64,000 nt of DNA from positions 57,598,001 through 57,662,000 of the forward strand of contig NC_042998.1 in the NCBI RefSeq assembly GCF_006345805.1, in the 5' to 3' direction. Below are positions 11,842 through 26,885 of the stretch, piece after piece. The position numbers and the translations under genes were made by a program. The DNA comes from Octopus sinensis. Lineage: Eukaryota. The stretch's first letter is position 1, and every line of letters starts with the position of its first letter. The notes below the pieces were generated by a model. It was not told the DNA's origin, did no database searches, and saw only the letters and a program-made list of their open reading frames with translations.

Positions 11842-12639
11842 TATAGTCGATCTTAAAAATGTAGTCAATGAGTGTATGAAAACTAAAACATCACAATGGT
11901 CTCGGTCGAATACTTTTAATCATGGTCGAATACTTTTAATCATGGATCTGTTCGTTAACACCCAACCTTGGACTATACAGTATACCTCCAACATGTTCCA
12001 ATACTGAAAATATAAAAGGAAAATAACTTTGATGTTGATAACCAACTGTAATAAAAACATACCTGCCTCTATAAAAAAAAAATCTCAGTCGTCGGATGGG
12101 TGTCAGTAGCACTATTTATTTCTGTACTAATCAATCAATGGCTGCAACAATATTTGAAGAGGTTCCTCGTCAGAATCTATAAACAATCAAACGAGTCAAC
12201 AATTTCCGGACCGTTTCCTTGTTTTCCCACTCCGCCCAATTCGCCACTGCTATATATTTTTTATTGTATTCGTCTCTCTCTCTCTTTCTCACTTCTTCCA
12301 CTCTTTCAAAATATATAATCCCTTTCTCTTCTCATTGCATCTTCCGTGTTTCTTTGGCAATATATTTCCACAGACCTGTTGTTCATTATTTTATTTACTT
12401 ATTTGTTCATTTATTTATTTACTCCATTCTATGTGCAATCTAAATTGATCAATTTCTGTCTCATTCCCTATATTTCCATTCACTACCTCACTCTACCCTC
12501 TCTTTCACATACACACACACACACAAACACACACACACATACGTTCTCCATCTTTCTCTGTCTCCCCTCTTCTCTCTCTCTCACACACGCTCATACATAC
12601 ACAGAGAAAATGACTTTCGTATCATGCTGTGTTTTAAAT

Positions 12640-12830
12640 CAACTCTGGTGTGCTGCAGGCATCGCTTTTACCCTTCACTCTCTTCCAATTGTACATCAAT
12701 GACTTGTTCACCGTCGTGTTTCACGATTTCCACTCTTTCCCACCCTTTCATCAACTACAGGCAACCGAGGCACTAGAGACCAGATCTGCGCTGATCTCTG
12801 AATGGGAACCTCGAGAGAATCGTCCATTCA
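12640..12830 (+). mobile_element. LINE reverse transcriptase fragment
   Basis: NSGVLQASLLPFTLFQLYINDL resembles the RT motif SGVPQGSxLxPxLFxLYINDL. Confidence 0.65.
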
Positions 12831-12990
12831 CGACTTACTACACTTGTCTTGTAAATATAGATACATGGCTAATCCATGTTTCTCTCTTCACGAAATACAT
12901 GATCAAGGAATTTACCCGCTCATTGTATATAGTTAAGTTTTCCCACAAACATGAGTACTCTTACTGTCAATTTTAGGCAGAATCAATATA

Positions 12991-13036
<46 letters not shown>

Positions 13037-13476
13037 CTTATCCTTTATTAAGCAATTCAATAGTGAAAGACGTTATTCACACACCATATAAAAAAATAAA
13101 TATACTATAAAAACCTTATTGTAAAAATCAAAAAAGTACATAAATAATAAATAGTAGTAAATTGACTACGCGAATTTTGTGGGTATATTTTCAATTAGAT
13201 ATAAATAAGAAAATCAATTCGATTTAAAATTAATTCTATTTAAAAATATAGTCACTCATCAGGTCTAAAATAATAATAATATAATTGTAATATAAATGTA
13301 CGTATCTGAACTTATAATAATTATCAAATAAATATAGAAAAATACGTGTTTTAACAATAATCGAAAACCATTTAACAATATTTCTTAAAATAAAACCATA
13401 ACATATCTTCTCGATGAATTTCTGTAAACTAAAATTTTAGTTAAAATTATATATATATATATAAAATTTTAGTTAG

Positions 13477-13514
<38 letters not shown>

Positions 13515-13869
13515 TCCCTAAACATTTTTCTTTCATAAAGCTTTTCTACTTTTTATTTTTATTTTCCTCCTTTCTTTTTAATTTTTAATGAAGGACTAGC
13601 ATTCGAAACTGGGGAGACATTTTCCGTCTGTTTTAAGTAGAGTTAAAGTAGCAGTCCTAATAAATCAGGAGTACGATCAGAAACCTTCAGACATGAAGAG
13701 GGATATGATGAAATCTACTGCCGTAAACGCGGATGACGGTTCCTCACAATTTCCACAATTTTTCTGAACAACCAGACATGATTCGTTTTAGTAATAAAAT
13801 ATTTGTGTTGTGCACTAACACCTTCTTCAAATAAACATTGCCTGTACAGGTGCGCAGCATGCCAGACGT

Positions 13870-14000
13870 CAAATGTCGGAATGATCACAGAGCAAACTAA
13901 CATGAAGTGTTTTGCTCAAGGAAAAAAAAATGACCGCTTGGTTCGGGAATTGAAACCACGATCTTGTGATCCTGGGTACCACATTCTAGCCACTAGGCCA
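13870..14000 (-). mobile_element. SINE family 3 head
   Basis: Minus strand GTGGCCTAGTGG...GGTTTCAATTCC...CTTGAGCAAAACACTTC; homologous to 20835-21050. Confidence 0.7.
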
Positions 14001-14025
14001 CATGCAATTATGAGGAAGATGAGTG

Positions 14026-14026
<1 letters not shown>

Positions 14027-14120
<94 letters not shown>

Positions 14121-14442
14121 CACGGGTAAACCTCACCTGTCCTCCCCTTTACACTTCATATTGACATTTCTGTGATAACGATCCCTATTGATCATTTTTT
14201 TTTCCTCTCCCCCCCCCCTTCTTTCTTTTTTTTTTTTTTTTTTAACCCCCCTTATTTTTGTCCTCTTTCTCTCCTTTTACGATCCCTTTTGATCGAACCT
14301 CCCCCTTCCTTTTTTTTTTTTTTTTTATACCTTCAAAAGAAAAGCTCTACCTTGTAATTTGTTCTATCTGTGTGCAGCCCTGTGTGGCTAATAAGAAACA
14401 TATCTATCTATCTGTCTGTCTGTCTGTCTGTCTGTATGTCTG

Positions 14443-14536
<94 letters not shown>

Positions 14537-15003
14537 TCTCTCAGTGTACGTATGTATGTGTGAGTATTTTTCGACACATTAGCCTCATCTTGCGGTTAAA
14601 ACAAACAAAATCACTGAAATGCAAAAGAGAAAATGAAGAAACTGAAGACTGAATCGCAAAGAACAGGGAAAAAACATTATTGTTACTACTTCATAAGCCC
14701 AATAGTGCTGTTTCCTTCTGTTTCTTATTTCTACTTTTAACATAATCGTCATCTTCACCGTTGTCGTCTGCCCGTTCCATTCCGTCGTCATCGTCGTCGT
14801 CGTCGTCGTCGTCATAATAGTCGTCATCATCGTCGTCATAAATATCACTACTCTAATTACTATCACCGTTTTGCTCTCTTTTCATCATATTACCAATCAC
14901 AATTCACTCTGTGCGTGAGTGTGTGTACGTGAACGTATTGCTCTTGTTGTGTGCGTGTATGTGTGTGTATCTGTATATTTGTGCGTGCACGTAATCCCTC
15001 CCA

Positions 15004-15043
<40 letters not shown>

Positions 15044-15170
15044 ACTCGCTCTCGCCCTTTAATCAACCCGGCAACCAACCAACCGAACTGTCCGCCAGCT
15101 AGCCAGGCCGACCACCAACCAACCAGCCAGCCAGTCAGCCAGCCATCCCTCCACTGTTCGAGCAAATATG
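14027..15170. repeat. Dense microsatellite cluster (TCTA, poly-T/C, TCTG, TC, GTC, CCAA/CCAG)
   Basis: Directly visible. Confidence 0.9.
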
Positions 15171-16180
15171 CCCATACGAACGTGTGCGGTCTAAGTGTGC
15201 CTATCTATGTGTGCGATCTAAGTGTGGCTATCTATATGTGTGCGTGTATATATATTTCACATGCATGCATCTAATCACACATGTTAGTTATGTATGTATT
15301 TAAAAGCTAACCGCTCTCCTTTACCAACATGCTTCTTTCATCTCCCCTACCACCACCGCCACCGACACCACCACCATTATTACTTTTTGTTCCTATGGCA
15401 ACACAATAGAAATAACGGAGACCGACCAACCAACGAACTGGTAGCTGCAGTATCTTTATTTTCCTCATTTTTTTTTCTATATATTTTTAAATTTTCTTAT
15501 TTATCAATATTTTTTGTATATTTTTTTTCCCATCCTCGTCCGACATTCTTCATTAAAGCTCCGACTATAAATCTGGTCGGTGAACAATTTTCCTAAGAGA
15601 ACTATCATTAGAAATCAGAAACAGGAGAGATCTTACTTTGCTTCCACCGTACCCCCACGTCTTCTCACCATTGTTCCCCATCTTCAAAGGCCCATGTAGT
15701 AAAAAAATAAGAAATAAATTAATGAGTAAAATAAAAAATATAGAAATGTAATAGAAAAATTAAAAGTTTCCTTAAAGCAGTTTCATCATGGTTAAATAAT
15801 GAAAAAAAAAAAGAAAAAAATGGAGTCATAGCTAACGCATTCAATAGTTCTTAACTTCTTTAAACGTTGCATATTATCGCGCCAGTTTCCGTCCTTGTCT
15901 TAGGCGTTGTCACGTTGACTGTTTGTCGCTATGGTGACAATTTGTTGAGGCCATCCTCTTGATAGAGATTATTATCATCTTGGGTAAGAGAACAAACAAA
16001 AACGAAACAAAATAATATGACGAAAATGAAAAAAGAAATAACTATTAACAAAATATACAAATTTATAAAACCGCAAACACGCACACGCATACATACATAC
16101 GTATATACGTATATACATACCATACATACATACGTACACACATACACATACATACATACGAACATACGCATACACATACC

Positions 16181-16230
<50 letters not shown>

Positions 16231-16237
16231 GTATATA

Positions 16238-16276
<39 letters not shown>

Positions 16277-16291
16277 GTGTGTATATATATA

Positions 16292-16322
<31 letters not shown>

Positions 16323-17165
16323 AAGAGAGAGAGAGAGCGAGAGAGAGAGAGAAAGAGAGAGAGAAATTAATGATGTGTAATACTAGAAAAGTTCGGATTG
16401 CAGACGCACACGCAGTTATACGTATATACGCAAATATACACACACATGCACAGATAACTATATAAAACATATTCAAATACAGAAATCAGTTTGGAGGCAA
16501 TTAATAAACGTGAATGACGAAGGTATGGTATTTGATACTTCATCGAAATAGATATTCTGTAAAGAGACATGTAGCTAGAAGTGTGTTGACCCTTTCAGGC
16601 AGAGAAAAACAAACAGTCGGGCGTTTCCGGGAACGTTCGTCGTCAGCAATTGTGCTCGGTATTTATTAAATCTAATTCTTTTGTATGTGAATGTGAACAA
16701 TATACTTTATGACTTCTTTAATCACGTCTGTTATTTATGAACCAAACGGGAAGTCTCGACGTGGTTGCTTTAAATACTAGAAACAGCAGCTAACCGACCC
16801 TAAAACCTACAGTAGGCGCGTGTTTTCATTAAGAAAAGCGACATTGGATAATGTAAAATAAGATACTCCTAAATTAATGGATGTTCCTTGATGTAATATC
16901 TTTGATAATTGTTTTTTCTGGCTCAGTGCAATAATAGCAGTTTCAGGTTTTTGACAACATTTTCGATCATATTGGATTTATATTTTGAGTTCAAATGTCT
17001 GTCAGATCGATTTTGCGTGTCATCCTTCCATAATCAATAAAAGAAGTCCCAGTCAAGAACTGTTAGTATCAATAAAGGGCTGAGGTCATTTCATTGACTA
17101 AACCAATCATCACAACAAATTTGTGACCCTGAGCAAAGATGTAAGCTATATTTTATTTTGTACAG

Positions 17166-17455
17166 AGACTGTGTCTGGATGTACTACGAAGATCAAAGCT
17201 CTCATACACGTCAGTTGTTGGCCAGGAGAAGGATCAAGTAGTTTGGGTATGTGATCAGGATAGATTCCTCTTGTCTTCCACGCTAGTGTCTCCACTGGTC
17301 TCCGTATCGTACCAGAAAGAATGGGTGCCCGAGGAAAAAAATGCCTGGCAATAATGAAAGATCTTGCGAGTGATGGCAAGAGCTGAGATGAGGGGAAAGT
17401 TCTGGCAGCCTCGATGTTCTTTGAGCAGGTGCACGCACCTACTATGAACAGGACA
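17166..17455 (+). mobile_element. RTE-type LINE, degenerate 3' end
   Basis: Frame reads LLARRRIK*FGYVIRIDSSCLPR*CLHWSPYRTRKNGCPRKK, matching RTE RRLRWFGHVxR...PK...W.P...RKRGRPRK. Confidence 0.65.
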
Positions 17456-18062
17456 TCCTACCTACCTACCTACATACATACATACCTACGAACCTACCGA
17501 CCGACCTACCTACCTACCTACCTACCTACCTACCTACCTACCTACCTACCTACCTACCTACCTACCTACCTATCAACCTACCTACCTACCCACCAACCAA
17601 CCTACCTACCTACCTACCTACCTACCTACCCACCTACCTACCTACCTACCTACCTACCTACCTACCTACCTACCCACCTACCTACCTACCTACCTACCTA
17701 CCTACCTACATACCTACCTACCTACCTACCTACCTACCCACCAACCAACCTACCTACCTACCTACCTACCCACCTACCAACCTACCTACCAACCTACCTA
17801 TCTACCTACCTACCCACCTACCTACCTACCTACCTATCTACTTATCTACCTACCAACCTACCTACCTACCTACCAACCTACATATCTACCTACCTACCCA
17901 CCTACCTACCTACCTACCTACCTACCTACCTACATACATACATACATACCTATCTACGAACCTACCTACCTACCAACCTACCTACCTACCTACCCACCAA
18001 CCTACCTACCTACCTACCTACCTACCTACCTACCTAACTACCCACCAACCTACCTAACTAAA
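17456..18062. repeat. (CCTA)n tetranucleotide array, about 600 bp
   Basis: Directly visible. Confidence 0.97.
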
Positions 18063-18889
18063 CTATATTGGTAAAAAGTCCAAAAAGACTAGTGTTGGTC
18101 TTTATTGATAAAAAAAATAACTTAGTAAATCTCTGTGTCGTGTAGAGATGAGAAAAGGGACGTCTGCACCAAACTATGACAATATATTTTGGTTGAATTT
18201 TCATTTCTTTCATATTCATAAAACGTAAAAACCTTATCCATGTCTGAAACTGAAAAATTGTATTAGTTTAGTTAGCAGACAAATTAATTCAAGCAGATCT
18301 ATGTTCAACGATATTCCAGTCATGTTGACTTTGTGCTGTATAACTAAAATTACATTGTCCAGTGTAAACCATCTATTTCTAGCAGCCCGAGCACTTAGAG
18401 GACCTGTACAAAAGCCATGCGTGATAAATTTTGCCATAAATTAAAAATTTTCTGTAGGTGAACGGATCAATTCAAGATTTACAGATAAAATATTAGACCC
18501 GTTACGCAGCGTTGCCTGCAGCTTTAGATTTCTAATGCTTAATTCATTATTAAGTGTATTAAATGTGAGAATTATTTTCGATACTGAGCTTCGTTATATT
18601 TGTGAATATTTTCTCCATTTGTTCGACATGTGAGACAGAGAAATATATCTAGTGACATCATAAGGCTTAAATTTGTTTTTAGCTGTCAGTTTAATCCAAA
18701 TTCCTTAAATCTATGCTAGACAACATTCCAACCGTGAATATGCTGTCTTTTTATGTAGGTCAAAGTTATATATCGTATCATTTACCTTTTTGAGACGATA
18801 AATGGCTATTTGCGAGAAATTCGGTTGCTGTTTCTAGCAAGTCGATTCTTTTTTTTTATGCATTTGATTTGATCATGTTGGTATCGAGA

Positions 18890-19013
18890 AAGAGGGAGAG
18901 GGAGAGAGAGAGAGAGAGAAAGTGTGTGAGAGAGAGAGAAAAAGAGAGAGAGAAAGAGAGAAAGAGAGAGAGAAAGAATGTGAAAGAGAAAGAGGAGAAA
19001 GAAATGAGCATAG

Positions 19014-19077
<64 letters not shown>

Positions 19078-19090
19078 GTAGGTAGGTAGG

Positions 19091-19132
<42 letters not shown>

Positions 19133-19157
19133 TATAGATAGATAGATAGATAGATAT

Positions 19158-19222
<65 letters not shown>
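18890..19222. repeat. (GA)n followed by (GATA)n
   Basis: Directly visible. Confidence 0.97.
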
Positions 19223-19223
<1 letters not shown>

Positions 19224-19654
19224 CGGAATGGTTAGGATGTGAAAATAACAAATAATATAATAGTAGCACGTACTCTTGACAACTTAAATTTAGGATGCTC
19301 TACAACAGTGTAGAGTATATTAAGTTCAGAATCTTCAAGTAGCTAAAATTAATCATGCAATTAATAGATAGCAATGCCTCTAGCGCTGTCTAAAATTTAT
19401 AAAAACGATAAACAAGTGATAAATTTTTGAAGAATATAAAACTTGCATTACGGAGTGAGCGTGATCTTTCAACTAACTTTTCTGCCAAAAATAGCCGTTG
19501 CTAATCTCAGTCTTTGTCCCTGTAGCTCCTAGTGTTTATTAATATTGACTCGTCATATTACTTCGAAGTTATGGGGCATTGTTAGCTAAGAGGACACGGT
19601 TATTTTACGGTTATTTATAGCCATCAAGTTGTACAGGAAGACCAAATTACAAAG

Positions 19655-20510
19655 GCAATTGAAAAATCTTGCAATATTTTAGTAACTTATTTGCTTTATT
19701 CGACGACTTACAACAAAAGCAATCTAGCAATCAAAGTAGAGGCCTCCCGTGTTGCAGCTTCTGAAGCCAACTTTCTGACAATTCATTGAGCCTAAGTTGA
19801 ACCCAGTTCTTATACTTCGAAGCAAAGAACTTCACTGAAGCTTCAACCTCTTCTTGGTTGATGAAGCATCGCGAGCCCAGGAAGTGAGCCATGAATCGAA
19901 AAAAAGTAATAATTTGAGGGAGCTAGGTCCGAAATATATGCTGAGTGTTGCATCAGTTCAATTCCCTCAGGTTCCTGGAGTTTTTTCCCGTTCGTTCGAG
20001 CAACATTGAGGTCTTGCTTTCTGTTAAACAACGCCGGGTATTTTTGCCGTATAATGGCATACATCCGATCCAGCAGCTCAGTGAACAGGTAGGCATCGAT
20101 GATTCGATCATCCTTAATGAAAGCGTAGTGGATTATTCCCTCATAATTCCACCAGATGCAGAACCGTACCTTGTGTTCGAAACGCCCATGTTTGGTGACG
20201 GTTTCCGAAAGGTGATCCTTGCTTAACCACTTATATGCACGAGAGGACTGCGGAAGAATATCCACTTTTCATCGCATTCATTTCTCTCTTAAAGAAACGC
20301 AGATCATCCTAATTTTCCAGGGGTTTCTTGCAAACAACCACTCTGTTCTGTGCTTGAGATGGCGTTAATTCGCGAGGTACACTTCAGCTGCTCCGGATGC
20401 TTTCGCTGAGGTCGTGAAGGTGACGAACCGCACTGGACTGTGCCTGACACTATTCACCCAATTTGCCCCTTTGACTTGAAGAAAAGCCTCAGAAACGACT
20501 GTTTTAGGCC
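19655..20510 (-). mobile_element. Mariner transposase relic (catalytic domain)
   Basis: KWLSKD...KVRFCIWWNYEGIIHY...HSAYISDLAPSNYYFF, a degenerate HPxYSPDLAPSD(Y). Confidence 0.85.
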
Positions 20511-20810
20511 TACTTGACTATACCTGATCGTCGAGGTTCTTGCATCCCGATCGAAATTTCTTGTACCATCTGGTCACTGTACTGTAATGAACTGCGCCTT
20601 CACCTTTCTTACAACAAGAGTTTTTGGTAGTTCGAACTCTTAAAACAGTAAAAGTTACCCGAATTAGACTACGTTGCACGTCCATCTGTGCGGTTTTCAA
20701 ACGACACACGGAGCGAAGCAATGCTCGATGTGTCAGAACGCCAACTACTAAAGTACTACCAACATCAGCAGTATCTTTCACGGCTTGTACTGCTTTAGTC
20801 ACGTGATATG
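20511..20810 (-). mobile_element. Mariner relic, N-terminal HTH region
   Basis: KGEGAVHYSTVTRWYKKFRSGCKNLDDQ. Confidence 0.75.
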
Positions 20811-20834
20811 CACGCCGTAAACTGGTATTTGTGC

Positions 20835-21050
20835 AAATATGGAGTCGTGTGGTTTCGATTCCTGGACTGGGCAACACGTTGTCTTCTTGAGCAAAACACT
20901 TGATTTCACGTTGCTCCAGTCCACTAAGCAGACAAAAATGAGTAATCCTCCTACGGACAGGCATACTGTCAGGTGGGGAATTTATACGCCATGAAACCGG
21001 GAAAACGGCCCTTATGAGTCGGCATGGCTCGAGAAGGTAACTTTACTTTT
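20835..21050 (+). mobile_element. SINE family 3
   Basis: GGTTTCGATTCC B-box-like motif; homology to 13870-14000. Confidence 0.7.
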
Positions 21051-21399
21051 CCTTTACTTATACAAATATTCAAATATTTCAAAACCTTTGACTTGCACTT
21101 GAGGTTGATTAACATCAAGTGATTGATAAGGAAGGAGGAAGGTAGAAAATATTCAGTTAATTGATTAGCAAGAAAGGTGTAACGGGTATGCTGAGGAGGT
21201 TGCATTGTTTTCCTAGGCTTCAGAGTTTAATGAGGAGATTCATCAAAAGAGATCGAATGATAAGTGAAACGAACCTTTAACTAGAGTTGCATTGAAAACG
21301 TTTTTAGTTGAAACTAAAATTTTCAGCGTATTTGGTTCAGCGGCCCAATGTTTCTCGCTCTGTCTAGCATTAGAGGCATTAATTTATAAAGGTTTCTCA

Positions 21400-21610
21400 T
21401 TTAGGCACAAGGCCAGCAGTGCTGAGGGGTGGAGAAGAGTAGTGTATACCACCGATCCTAATTCTCAATTAGTACTTTATTCTATTATCCTCAAAAGGAT
21501 GAATGACAAAGCTGATCTCTGAGGGATTGAACTCACATCAAAAAGAGCCCGAAGAAATATCACAGCGTGTTTTAACCGACGCTGTAACAATGCTACCAAT
21601 CCATCCCACT
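21400..21610 (-). mobile_element. SINE family 2, degenerate
   Basis: Homology to the other family 2 copies. Confidence 0.7.
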
Positions 21611-22087
21611 CGCAAGGGGTATTTAATATGAATGACCTCCAAAATGGGGACGAGACCACGCATTTTCAATGAAAATATAGTTGACTCTATTAGCTGTAAT
21701 ACTTGGCTAGTGCTTCATTTTATCAATTCCGAGAGAGGAAATATAAAGTCAATTACAGCTTTGTGAGGACTCAGCGTAAATGTCCCTAAATATCGCGAAC
21801 TATCTAAAGATTCTGTGGCTCCGCTAAAAATATTAAGTGAAGTATTTTGTGTTCGTGGTAAGACATCATATTTCAGTATTTGTAATGACACGAACTGAAT
21901 TAGAGGAGGTAATCGTGAAACTTATAAGCTAGATGGAACTTGTCAAAAATAAACATTATCCTGTTTAGGTAGAGCAGCTTTTATCGTAGTTCAGACAAAA
22001 CAACATTCTGCAGAAGACAAAATAACTTTAGTACTAAGAATCAAAGCGCACACACACACACACACCACACACACACGCACACACATA

Positions 22088-22137
<50 letters not shown>

Positions 22138-22165
22138 CACACACACACAACACACATACAGAACA

Positions 22166-22197
<32 letters not shown>

Positions 22198-23044
22198 TCT
22201 ATATCATAAATTTTCGATAGATACCCACACAAATTGATTTCAGCGTTTCGTTCCTGAGAGTTTTGGTAAAAATAAGTGCTTGGTGTAATTGTGCTTTGTG
22301 AGTGTTTGTGAGATGGTGTGCAGTTCGAATGGGAGAAGAAGCCAGTGAAACGTGGGAGCTATCTTCAGTGAAAGTAGTGTGGTATTGGTAAATGATTTGC
22401 TGGTTCACACTGGCAAGAAACGTTAGAGAAGACGAAATTACAAAGGACTAGAATTGTTCCTAGTCATTGTAGCTTGTCGTTTGTGTGATGGCGATGAAAG
22501 TTTTACTCGACACTATCTTTGAATGACGAATATACTTTATGTATGTGTGTGGGTATGTGTGTATGTGAAGGAGAGATGCTATACCATGAATGTGAGGTAT
22601 ACTGCTGTACATGGTGAAGTAGTAATTTGTCGAGTCTCATCAGGCTATAGAGAGTAGCTGAGGAAAAAGGTAGGAATATGATGACACCGGAAACAATAAT
22701 GCCAAGGAAATACACGACAACATTAACTACTTAGAACATTTTAACTTGCCATAAGATTGATGACCAGTTTTACTGAATTCTTTGTGAACTCTTTTAGTAA
22801 AGACTAGCAAGACAGAAACAGTTGTTTGGGATTATATGAATTAGTCAATGACCTACCGACGTGATGCCATTAATTATCTATTATTTTCTTTGTAAATACT
22901 GAGCCAAAAAAAATAATGTATAAACTATGTGATTTTAGGAGAGTTCCTATGATACATTAGAATAGACAGTCCCTTTCAATAAAACAGCCGTTAATACAAA
23001 AAGCCACAAAACACGAACAAAACAAAAAAAATCTGTTTTCTTGA

Positions 23045-23858
<814 letters not shown>

Positions 23859-24436
23859 CAAAGTGTTGGAAACTACATACACTGGAAGCTATGCCAACAT
23901 TATGGAATAACCACAGAAAAATGATGGTATAAGCACACACCAGAAAAGGTCACAGAAAACGAGAAAGCAACCATACTTTGGGATATGCCGATACACACAG
24001 ATAGAGAAATTAAGGCCAACAGACCAGATATAGTTGTCAGAGATCATGAAGAAAAAAAATGCTTTCTAATTGATGTATCAATACCGGCAGATGACAACGT
24101 GTCTCTAAAAGAAATGGAGAAACTTTCAAAATACAAAGACCTGGCAATGGAGGTAACCAGCATGTGGAATCTAAAAACAGAAACAATTCCTATCATAGTA
24201 GGTGCATTAAGCATGATAAAAAAATATTCAGACAAATACATAACAAATACACCAGGACATACAAACACATATAACATACAGAAAATTGCACTACTAGGCA
24301 CTGCACACATCCTACGCAGAACACCTTCCATACAATAACCATCAGAAGATCACAACAAATCACAGCATATACCCAAGGCACACAGAGCTGCGGTCGGTAG
24401 TGAAGTGAAAGCACGCTATAAAAAATAAAACTACTG
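23859..24436 (+). mobile_element. R4/Dong-type copy 2 of nest, 3' fragment
   Basis: ANRPDIVV...FLIDVSIPADD...KEMEKLSKY; (AAT)n on both sides. Confidence 0.92.
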
Positions 24437-24566
24437 AATAATAAAATAATAATAATAATATAATAATATAATATAATAATAATAATAATAATAATATAAT
24501 AATAATAATAAAAAAAAAATAATAATAATAATAATAATATAATAATAATAATAAAATAATGATGAC

Positions 24567-24609
<43 letters not shown>

Positions 24610-24618
24610 TAATAATAA

Positions 24619-26408
24619 TATATGGATGACCTAAAACTATACGCTGCAAATGACAAACAGCTGGAAACTCTATTAAGGACAGTTCATGGATTTACCAAAG
24701 AAATAGATATGAAATTTGGATTAGAAAAATGCGCCAAAGTAACCATGAAAAGAGGAAAACTAGTTAAGAGTAGCAACATCACACTAGATAAAACCAATGA
24801 AATAAAGAATTAGACCAAAGCCAAACTTACAAATACTTAGGAATCCATGAACTAGATAAGACACAACACACACAAATGAAAGAGAAAATAAAAAAAGAAT
24901 ATTATAGACGAGTTAGATCAATACTAAAAACAGAGCTCAATGCTAAAAACAAGATAATAGGTATTACCACTTTAGCTGTCCCAGTTATAAGTTACAGCTA
25001 CAATATCCTTAACTGGACACTAAATAGATAGGAAAACAAGAAAAATAATGACAGGATCTAGGATGCATAACCCAAAATCTGACATAGAAAGACTATATAT
25101 ACACGTATAGAAGGTGGTAGAGGCCTTATACAGCTGGAAAACTACTATAAAATAACCCACCAGGACTGCAAAAATATCTACTTCAGAAGGAAGGAAAACT
25201 GATACAAATAGAGGCAAAACACGAGCAAAACAAAAAACTGTTCTCAGTATTTAAGGAAGCTGACAATACAAACAAAAATCATACCACCTAATAAATATGA
25301 AGCAGAAGAAGAAGAAGAAGAAGAAGAAGAAGAAGAAGAAGAAGAAGAAGAAGAAGAAGAAGAAGAGAAGAAGAAGAAGAAAAAGAAGAAGAAGCAGAAG
25401 AAGAAGAAGAAGAAGAAGAAGAAGAAGAAGAAGAAGAAGAAGAAGATGAAGAAAAAGAAAAAGAAGAAGAAGAAGAAGCAACAAAAGCTATAAAACAAAT
25501 GAAATCCAAACTAAAAATAGAACAGCAACGAACCATGATAAAACGATGGCAAGAAAAGCCCCTTCATGGCAAATACTGGACTAAACTATATGCAAAAGAA
25601 ATAGACAAAGAAAAATCCCAGCAATGGTTGAGAAGCTCAGGACTCAAAGCAGAGACAGAGAGATTTTTAATTGCAGCACAAGACCAAAGCCTCCTGACCA
25701 GAAATTCCCAAAAACATGTAATGAAAAGAAGTATAACAAGTAACTGCAGACTATGTGGAGATGGACAAGAAACAATAAATCATATTATCTCTAGCCGCCC
25801 AGTTCTGGCTAAGAAGGAATATATTCACAGACATGACAGAGTTGGAACCTACATACATTGGAAGCTATGCCAACATTATGGAATAACAACAGAAAAAGAT
25901 GGTATAGGCACACACCAGAAAATGTCACAGAAAACAAGAAAGCAACCATACTCTGGGATATGCCGATACACACAGATAGAGAAATTAAGGCCAACAGACC
26001 AGATATAGTTGTCAGAGATCATGAAGAAAAAATTGCTTTCTAATTGATGTATCAATACCGGCAGATGACAACGTGTCTCTAAAAGAAATGGAGAAACTCT
26101 CAAAATACAAAGACCTGGAAATAGAGGTAACTAGAATGTGGAATCTGAAAACAGAAACAATTCCTATCATAGTAGGTGCATTAGGCATGATAAAAAAATA
26201 TTCAGACAAATACATAACAAATACACCAGGACTTACAAACACATATAACATACAGAAAATTGCACTACTAGGCACTGCACACATCCTACGCAGAACACTT
26301 TCCATACAATAACCATCAGAGCATCACAACAAATCACAGCACATACTTAAAGCACACAGAGCTGCGCTCGGTAGTGAAGTGAAAGCACGCTATAAAAATA
26401 AAACTACT
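24619..26408 (+). mobile_element. R4/Dong-type copy 3 of nest, starting at the RT YMDD motif
   Basis: YMDDLKLYA...FGLEKCA; CRLCG...HIIS...RHD knuckle; RPDIVV nuclease; internal (GAA)n; (AAT)n tail. Confidence 0.93.
25299..25480 (+). repeat. (GAA)n expansion inside the retrotransposon ORF
   Basis: Directly visible; absent from the homologous position of copy 1 (about 23090-23110). Confidence 0.95.
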
Positions 26409-26451
26409 GAATAATAATAATAATATAATAATAATAATAATAATAATAATG

Positions 26452-26502
<51 letters not shown>

Positions 26503-26519
26503 GTAATGATAATAATAAT

Positions 26520-26798
26520 TCAAAAGATAGTGCCCATGGGAACTGCTCATATCCTACGCAAAATACTTTCTATGTAATCTCAAGGTTTAAAACAAACATA
26601 ATTTTCGGTTTAAAAAAAAAAAATTAAAAAATTTTTTTTTTTAGACATTCATTAGTACAACACCAAAAACTCCCCCCCCCCCCAATATATGGCACACTAG
26701 GCATAACAACAACATGAACTTCCAATCTGTTGTCTCTTGAGGTCTCTGGGTGAGACTTGGAGCCAACTTGTACAAATATAAATCAAAAGTCAAACATA

Positions 26799-26799
<1 letters not shown>
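26520..26799 (+). mobile_element. R4/Dong-type copy 4, short 3' end with a different 3' UTR
   Basis: QKIVPMGTAHILRKILSM*, followed by an (AAT)/(GAT) tract. Confidence 0.75.
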
Positions 26800-26859
<60 letters not shown>

Positions 26860-26885
26860 AATGATAATAATAACAATAATAATGA

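Noticed and set aside
13150-13270. CTGATGAGTGAC on the minus strand as a hammerhead
   Set aside because: No GAAA in register after a stem II, and no stem I or III partner.
17166-17246. Apparent 81-nt exon with good acceptor and GTATGT donor
   Set aside because: The third frame matches an RTE LINE C-terminus with in-frame stops, which explains the segment.
22230-22720. Possible CR1 endonuclease remnant on the minus strand
   Set aside because: Resemblance too weak to call without a profile search.
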